A stretch of DNA of 12,395 bases from assembly GCA_048939765.1 (NCBI GenBank), contig JBHLPF010000034.1, forward strand, positions 1-12,395. Direction: 5' to 3'. The notes below the pieces were generated by a model. It did not search any database and was not told where the DNA came from. It worked only from the letters and a program-made list of their open reading frames with translations. The DNA is from Promethearchaeota archaeon (GTDB lineage: Archaea > Asgardarchaeota > Thorarchaeia > Thorarchaeales > Thorarchaeaceae). The position numbers were made by a program, and so were the translations under genes. Every line of letters begins with the position of its first letter. Position 1 is the first letter of the stretch. Shown piece after piece: positions 8,339 to 12,395 of this stretch.

Positions 8339-8514
8339 CTCTGATTATTCCATTCGACAGGCTCTTACAGAGAATATGACTTCCGAGTATTCTTAGTCAA
8401 AGCCATGGTGTTTCACAAGAAATAACACACAGAATGAGTATATAATGCCGAGCCACAACTAGGGGTCACAGAGCGGAGTCATATAATGTGACTGCTAAGT
8501 CAGGGATGAAGAGC

Positions 8515-8754
8515 ATGAGCGACTCTCTAAAGGAGATAACTGTTACAGGTCTGATGTCAAAGATATTCGACTCCTATACTGTCACGATGGACGATGGTAC
8601 CGAGTACAAGCTGTCAGCAATAATGCCCTGGGAGGCTGTTTCTGCAGGCTTTGATAGTGGAAAGTTTGCCGTTGTGCTGGGGAAGCGTGTTAGTGTGAGC
8701 GGAATGACTGATGGTGACACGATATGGGGTGCGGAAATAGCTGAGGGGACTTAG
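8515..8754 (+). CDS. Small hypothetical beta-rich (OB-fold-like) protein
   Basis: ITVTG...TMDDGTEYKL...GKRVSVSG pattern. Start is uncertain (8488, 8506 or 8515). Confidence 0.6.
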   Translation: MSDSLKEITVTGLMSKIFDSYTVTMDDGTEYKLSAIMPWEAVSAGFDSGKFAVVLGKRVSVSGMTDGDTIWGAEIAEGT

Positions 8755-8831
8755 ACAAGAATGTCTGTCCCGAGGGAAACTTGATTCAACTATCACAGCG
8801 GATTGAGGATTACACAGGACGAAAATAATGG

Positions 8832-8883
8832 GGTTTTGGCCCACAGATATCGTAGGCCAAAGCCGGACAATGGGATTGTTCGG
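8832..8883. terminator. Two adjacent hairpins between convergent genes
   Basis: GGTTTTGGCC (8832-8841)/GGCCAAAGCC (8855-8864) and CCGGACAAT (8863-8871)/ATTGTTCGG (8875-8883). Each has one G-U pair when read on the + strand. Confidence 0.4.
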
Positions 8884-8887
8884 TCCT

Positions 8888-9268
8888 TCAGAGCTTCAAC
8901 TCAGCTTCGCTCTTCCAAAGTCCATGAATATTACAGTATGAAGTAGCCATCAACGTGCCTGATTTGTTGGTCTTGAAGACGAACTTGGCAACTGGCTCGC
9001 TGTATATGCCGCTACTATCAGGTCCATCAGCAGATTCACCGTGGTGATCGAAAGTACAGTATCCAATCTCTACGGGAAACTTAGCTCCTTCTGGCCAGAG
9101 GAAGAGATCACACCATTTGATATGATGCGCAGTCGTGTTTGGATGTGGAATCTCCTTGCCAACAATCACTTTGACGTACGCCTTTCCATCTTCGACCTTC
9201 ACTATATCAATTGAAGGCACATGTTTCTCTTTCTTCCAGTCATCGGTCTGTATCCATTTCTTTGACAT
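8888..9268 (-). CDS. sor: Superoxide reductase (1Fe-SOR, neelaredoxin type)
   Basis: EKHVP, HPNTTAHHIKW and SYCNIHGLW iron ligands; no desulforedoxin domain. ATG at 9268 has GGAGG 7 nt upstream. Confidence 0.93.
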   Translation of the reverse strand: MSKKWIQTDDWKKEKHVPSIDIVKVEDGKAYVKVIVGKEIPHPNTTAHHIKWCDLFLWPEGAKFPVEIGYCTFDHHGESADGPDSSGIYSEPVAKFVFKTNKSGTLMATSYCNIHGLWKSEAELKL

Positions 9269-9350
9269 AGGCTTTCCTCCCTCAAAGGAGTAGGATAATA
9301 GGCTCATCGCTCTAATGCCATAAAACAGTTCTCCTAGGTACACAATCTAG

Positions 9351-10844
9351 CTAACGGTCCAATTTCCTAATTTGATTCAGAGTCCACTTTCCCCTTTGAG
9401 TCAGGGTATAATAGCTTCTATGACGATTTTCATATGTCTTCTCGACTCGCGAATTAATAATCAGTCCACTGCTAGTCAGCTCTGTAAGGTGCTGGTATAT
9501 ACTTGGGATCTTAATGTCCACTCCATATTCATCCGAAAGAACCCTCCAAATTCCATATCCATAAGACTCACTCTTAGAGAGTATCTGTAGAATGCGGATT
9601 TTGGTCTGGCCTAGCTTCGTTGTAACTCTACGACCCTCCACCCTACTGAGCAGCTGCTCAAGAGGCCCCTTCCCCTTGACAAAGGTCCTTGCAATCTCGG
9701 GGTACTTGAGCCCCATTCCAGTAATGACACATACCACAGAATCATCACGTCCTATCTTTCCTGAGTGAATGAGTTTCTGCAGAGCTGCTATAGTGGTAGC
9801 TGATGATGGCTCTGCGAAGACGCCTTCTCGTCTTGCGAGCTGCCTCACAGCTTCCAATATCTCTCTATCGGAAACAGAAATAGCGATTCCGCGTGACTCC
9901 TCAATTGCCATCAATGCTGTACGTCCACAGACTGGATTCCTTACGCATATGTCAAAAGCTACCGTAGACGTAGACGAAGGCGGAGTGATGCTTTTCACAC
10001 CGCCCTTAAACGCCTCAACAATTGGTGCACAACCGCTAGCCTGAGCCCCGACTATCTTAGTATGCGAAGCATCAATCAGTCCAATCTGCTCCAGCTCCCT
10101 TAGCCCCTTCCATATCATCGACACATGACCGCCATTTCCCATTGGGGCAATAATCCAATCTGGTGCATTCCAATCCAGCTGCTCACACGTTTCGTAGATC
10201 GTTGTCTTCTCTCCTTCCATGAAGTGTGGATTGGAGGATGTTATGAAGTGGCTTCTTCCACTCTCTTGACGTGCCATTGCCATGGCTTCTTCTTGATCTC
10301 TGACTATCTCAACATCTGCTGCATAGGCGAGAATCTGGTAGAACTTGCCAATATCCACATTGCCTTTCTGACCTATGAACACCTTACTCTCAAGGCCAGC
10401 CCGAGCTGCGTAGGCAACAAGAGACGCAGCAAGATTCCCAGTAGATCCACAACACACCGACCTGAATCCATATTCCCTCGCTGCAGACACCTCGACCGCT
10501 GTACCACGATCGATGAATGCTCCAGTTGGGTTTGTTGTTTCGTCTTTGAGGTAAAGGCTATGAGTTCCCACGTCCTTTGCGAGACCATCACACTTGTGTA
10601 AGTAAGTTCCACCCTCACCTAGCGATACCATGTTCGCTTCGTTTTGAATTGGCAGTAGTTCAAGATACTTCCAAATGCCCTGTCTTCTTCTTCCAAGACC
10701 CTTGGAAGTGATCTTACTCTTCGCTGTTTCGATGTCATAGACGACATTCAGAACCTGTCCGCAAACAGAACAAGAACTGACGTAGTTTTGCGTAATGAAC
10801 TCATGTCCGCAGTCAGTGCACTTGAATCCAGACTGAAGTGACAT
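9351..10844 (-). CDS. Threonine-synthase-like PLP fold II domain lacking the catalytic Lys, fused to a C-terminal PadR wHTH
   Basis: Zn ribbon CxxC...CxxC, SLGEGGT, NPTGAFIDRG (canonical NPTGSFKDRG), STGN, PMGNGG, EPSSA and TGMGLK, followed by SYGYGIW...SIYQHLTELTSSGLI...RSYYTLTQRG (PadR). Confidence 0.88.
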   Translation of the reverse strand: MSLQSGFKCTDCGHEFITQNYVSSCSVCGQVLNVVYDIETAKSKITSKGLGRRRQGIWKYLELLPIQNEANMVSLGEGGTYLHKCDGLAKDVGTHSLYLKDETTNPTGAFIDRGTAVEVSAAREYGFRSVCCGSTGNLAASLVAYAARAGLESKVFIGQKGNVDIGKFYQILAYAADVEIVRDQEEAMAMARQESGRSHFITSSNPHFMEGEKTTIYETCEQLDWNAPDWIIAPMGNGGHVSMIWKGLRELEQIGLIDASHTKIVGAQASGCAPIVEAFKGGVKSITPPSSTSTVAFDICVRNPVCGRTALMAIEESRGIAISVSDREILEAVRQLARREGVFAEPSSATTIAALQKLIHSGKIGRDDSVVCVITGMGLKYPEIARTFVKGKGPLEQLLSRVEGRRVTTKLGQTKIRILQILSKSESYGYGIWRVLSDEYGVDIKIPSIYQHLTELTSSGLIINSRVEKTYENRHRSYYTLTQRGKWTLNQIRKLDR

Positions 10845-10898
10845 CCTATATCATGCCTATATATAGGCTCAAAATTATATATCCTTCTCTCAGAGAAG
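10845..10898. promoter_or_regulatory. Divergent promoter with a central TATA element flanked by two perfect palindromes
   Basis: GCCTATATATAGGC (10855-10868), TTATATAT (10875-10882) and CTTCTCT-C-AGAGAAG (10884-10898). Confidence 0.65.
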
Positions 10899-10925
10899 AG
10901 AATGATGAATAGAGGATGATCTGCA

Positions 10926-11498
10926 ATGGAGCTCTTCAGACCCAAAATACAAAGTAACACAATGTTTGTCGCCTTATTGGCTATTCTAACAGCCCTGACC
11001 ACAATTGCTACAATAGTACTTGCCATTCCTATCCCGGCAAGTGATGGGTTTCTCAATTTTGGAGATGCACTAGTGATGCTAAGCGGTCTCTTACTTGGTC
11101 CTTTGGGCGGCTTTATCGCTGGGGGAGTCGGTTCAGCAATGGGTGATGTCATCTTGGGCTACGTCCATTTCGCTCCAATCACTTTAGTTGTAAAGGGCTG
11201 CGAAGGGTTGGTGATGGGACTTTTTTGTAGTCGAGCCAGAAGTGCCAGTCTATTGACGGTATGGGACGTGGTTGGACTTGCTGTATCCTCACTTGTCATG
11301 TTGACCGGATATTTCCTCGCAGAGATCCCTTTGTACGGATATGGAGCTGCACTAACTGAGCTGTTGACAGCAAACTGGCTTCAAGTGGCAGTTGGTTCAA
11401 TCGTCACTGTCATTGTGGGACCTGTGGCAAGGCGCTTTCTGCAGGACACACTGTATCCATTCGAAAATGACAATTTGGTGGATATGCAGAACGAGTGA
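10926..11498 (+). CDS. ECF transporter S (substrate-binding) component
   Basis: IPIPASDGFLNFGDALVMLSGLLLGPLGGFIAGGVGSAMGDVILGYVHFAPITLVVKGCEG matches the S-component pattern; about 6 TM helices. Confidence 0.88.
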   Translation: MELFRPKIQSNTMFVALLAILTALTTIATIVLAIPIPASDGFLNFGDALVMLSGLLLGPLGGFIAGGVGSAMGDVILGYVHFAPITLVVKGCEGLVMGLFCSRARSASLLTVWDVVGLAVSSLVMLTGYFLAEIPLYGYGAALTELLTANWLQVAVGSIVTVIVGPVARRFLQDTLYPFENDNLVDMQNE

Positions 11499-11682
11499 CC
11501 GGAAACATCTCTTGCCAAAAAAAACAAAGAATGTTGGGGTTTTAGCGAGAATCTGATCAGCACGCATCTAAAGCAAGATTATTTGCCACTTGGAATCAAT
11601 GTTCTTTTAAAGAGGAATCCTATCGTTGCCATGGGGCCCATGGGCTACACACTTATCCGACATATGAATTGGAGTCTTTGAA

Positions 11683-12395
11683 ATGACGGATAGACAGAAG
11701 CTTAAGATAAGCGTCCAGCGCCTAAACGAGATTAACGAGTTTCTCCTTAAGGAAGGCAATCCTCTGGTTGATGGACTTATAGCGGTCATTGAAAAGCATG
11801 GCGGCGTAGACGAGATCAACAAGAAGGCGAATGAGGCTCGCAAACTTGAGAATCTAATGACGAAGTTGGAGAAGAAGGATTCCCCATATGTGAAGGACCT
11901 CCAGTGGCTTCAAGAAAAACGTGATAATGAGTCATTCATCAGTGTGCCTGATTATCAAAAGAAAGTCTTGGGGGACAAGGCTGACTCCATGGACTTCGAT
12001 GAGAGCTTCGCAGTCACACTTGAGATCAGCGCGTGTCAATACTTCCCATGGGTCATAGAAGAGGCAAAGCAGTCTATTGAGAATCAGGACCTAATGCCGG
12101 GACGTTTTATTCGAGTACGAAATATGCAGGAACAGACTGATGATAATGATGTGATTGCTTTTGCCGCAGCGATGCAGATTATCGATTCATCATATGTTGA
12201 AACTCTGGACACAAAAGGCACTTACCCTGGACCAGATGGGGCACCAGTTAATATACACCTAGGAGGTCCAGACACAATCACAGGTTATTTTGGCGGAGTT
12301 GGAATGCCAAATAACTTTGTTTTGAAATGGGCAGACGAATACCTTCACTACTACACTGAATATGGTGTCAAACAGGTACTCAACATCAATCCGGG
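11683..12395 (+). CDS. Hypothetical protein, 3'-truncated by the window end (absent from the ORF track)
   Basis: Open for 237 codons from ATG 11683 (MTDRQKLKIS...TLEISACQYFPW...LMPGRFIRVR...NIHLGGPDTITGYFGGVGMPN...KQVLNINP); GGAG SD at 11671-11674. Confidence 0.85.
   Translation, partial: MTDRQKLKISVQRLNEINEFLLKEGNPLVDGLIAVIEKHGGVDEINKKANEARKLENLMTKLEKKDSPYVKDLQWLQEKRDNESFISVPDYQKKVLGDKADSMDFDESFAVTLEISACQYFPWVIEEAKQSIENQDLMPGRFIRVRNMQEQTDDNDVIAFAAAMQIIDSSYVETLDTKGTYPGPDGAPVNIHLGGPDTITGYFGGVGMPNNFVLKWADEYLHYYTEYGVKQVLNINP

Noticed and set aside
8336-8425. Selenocysteine readthrough of the TGA ending the Cys-rich membrane protein, with a nearby AUGA/GA mini-hairpin (8371-8393)
   Set aside because: The UGA is not in a redox motif, the extension is unremarkable and the hairpin is too short for a SECIS.
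9351-10844. Calling this gene thrC or a pseudogene
   Set aside because: The catalytic Lys is absent, so thrC is unsupported. The ORF and the other motifs are intact, so decay is also unsupported.
11504-11535. A-tract with a weak hairpin after the ECF gene as a terminator
   Set aside because: The T-run is on the minus strand, where no gene ends, and the stem is imperfect.
855-11843. Numerous short antisense or alternate-frame ORFs in the track (e.g. 1556-1843, 2757-3116, 6605-7057, 10125-10601, 10748-11152, 11607-11843)
   Set aside because: They are shadows of well-supported genes and have no recognisable motifs.

Overview
Gene-dense archaeal-looking window (GGTGA/GGAGG Shine-Dalgarno sites, TATA-like boxes, an HTH_10 regulator); an Asgard/Thorarchaeia-like anaerobe is an inference only. 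It carries about 15 genes: VOC protein, MarR plus FMN split-barrel operon, PadR-methyltransferase-like fusion, Zn-ribbon protein, EamA transporter, HTH_10 regulator, full-length transketolase, GNAT, two membrane proteins, a small OB-like protein, superoxide reductase, a threonine-synthase-like/PadR fusion, an ECF S component and a 3'-truncated hypothetical gene missing from the ORF track. The most striking signal is two PadR wHTH regulators fused to apparently disabled enzyme domains: ThrC lacking its PLP Schiff-base lysine, and a SAM-methyltransferase fold lacking motif I. Each has a related palindrome at its own start. The ThrC-PadR gene is divergent from an ECF vitamin-type transporter, suggesting a pseudoenzyme-sensor regulatory module. 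Other observations are tandem MarR operators, SD-occluding hairpins and a SECIS/K-turn-like hairpin behind a tiny CxxC...UGA ORF. No rRNA, tRNA, CRISPR or mobile element was recognised.
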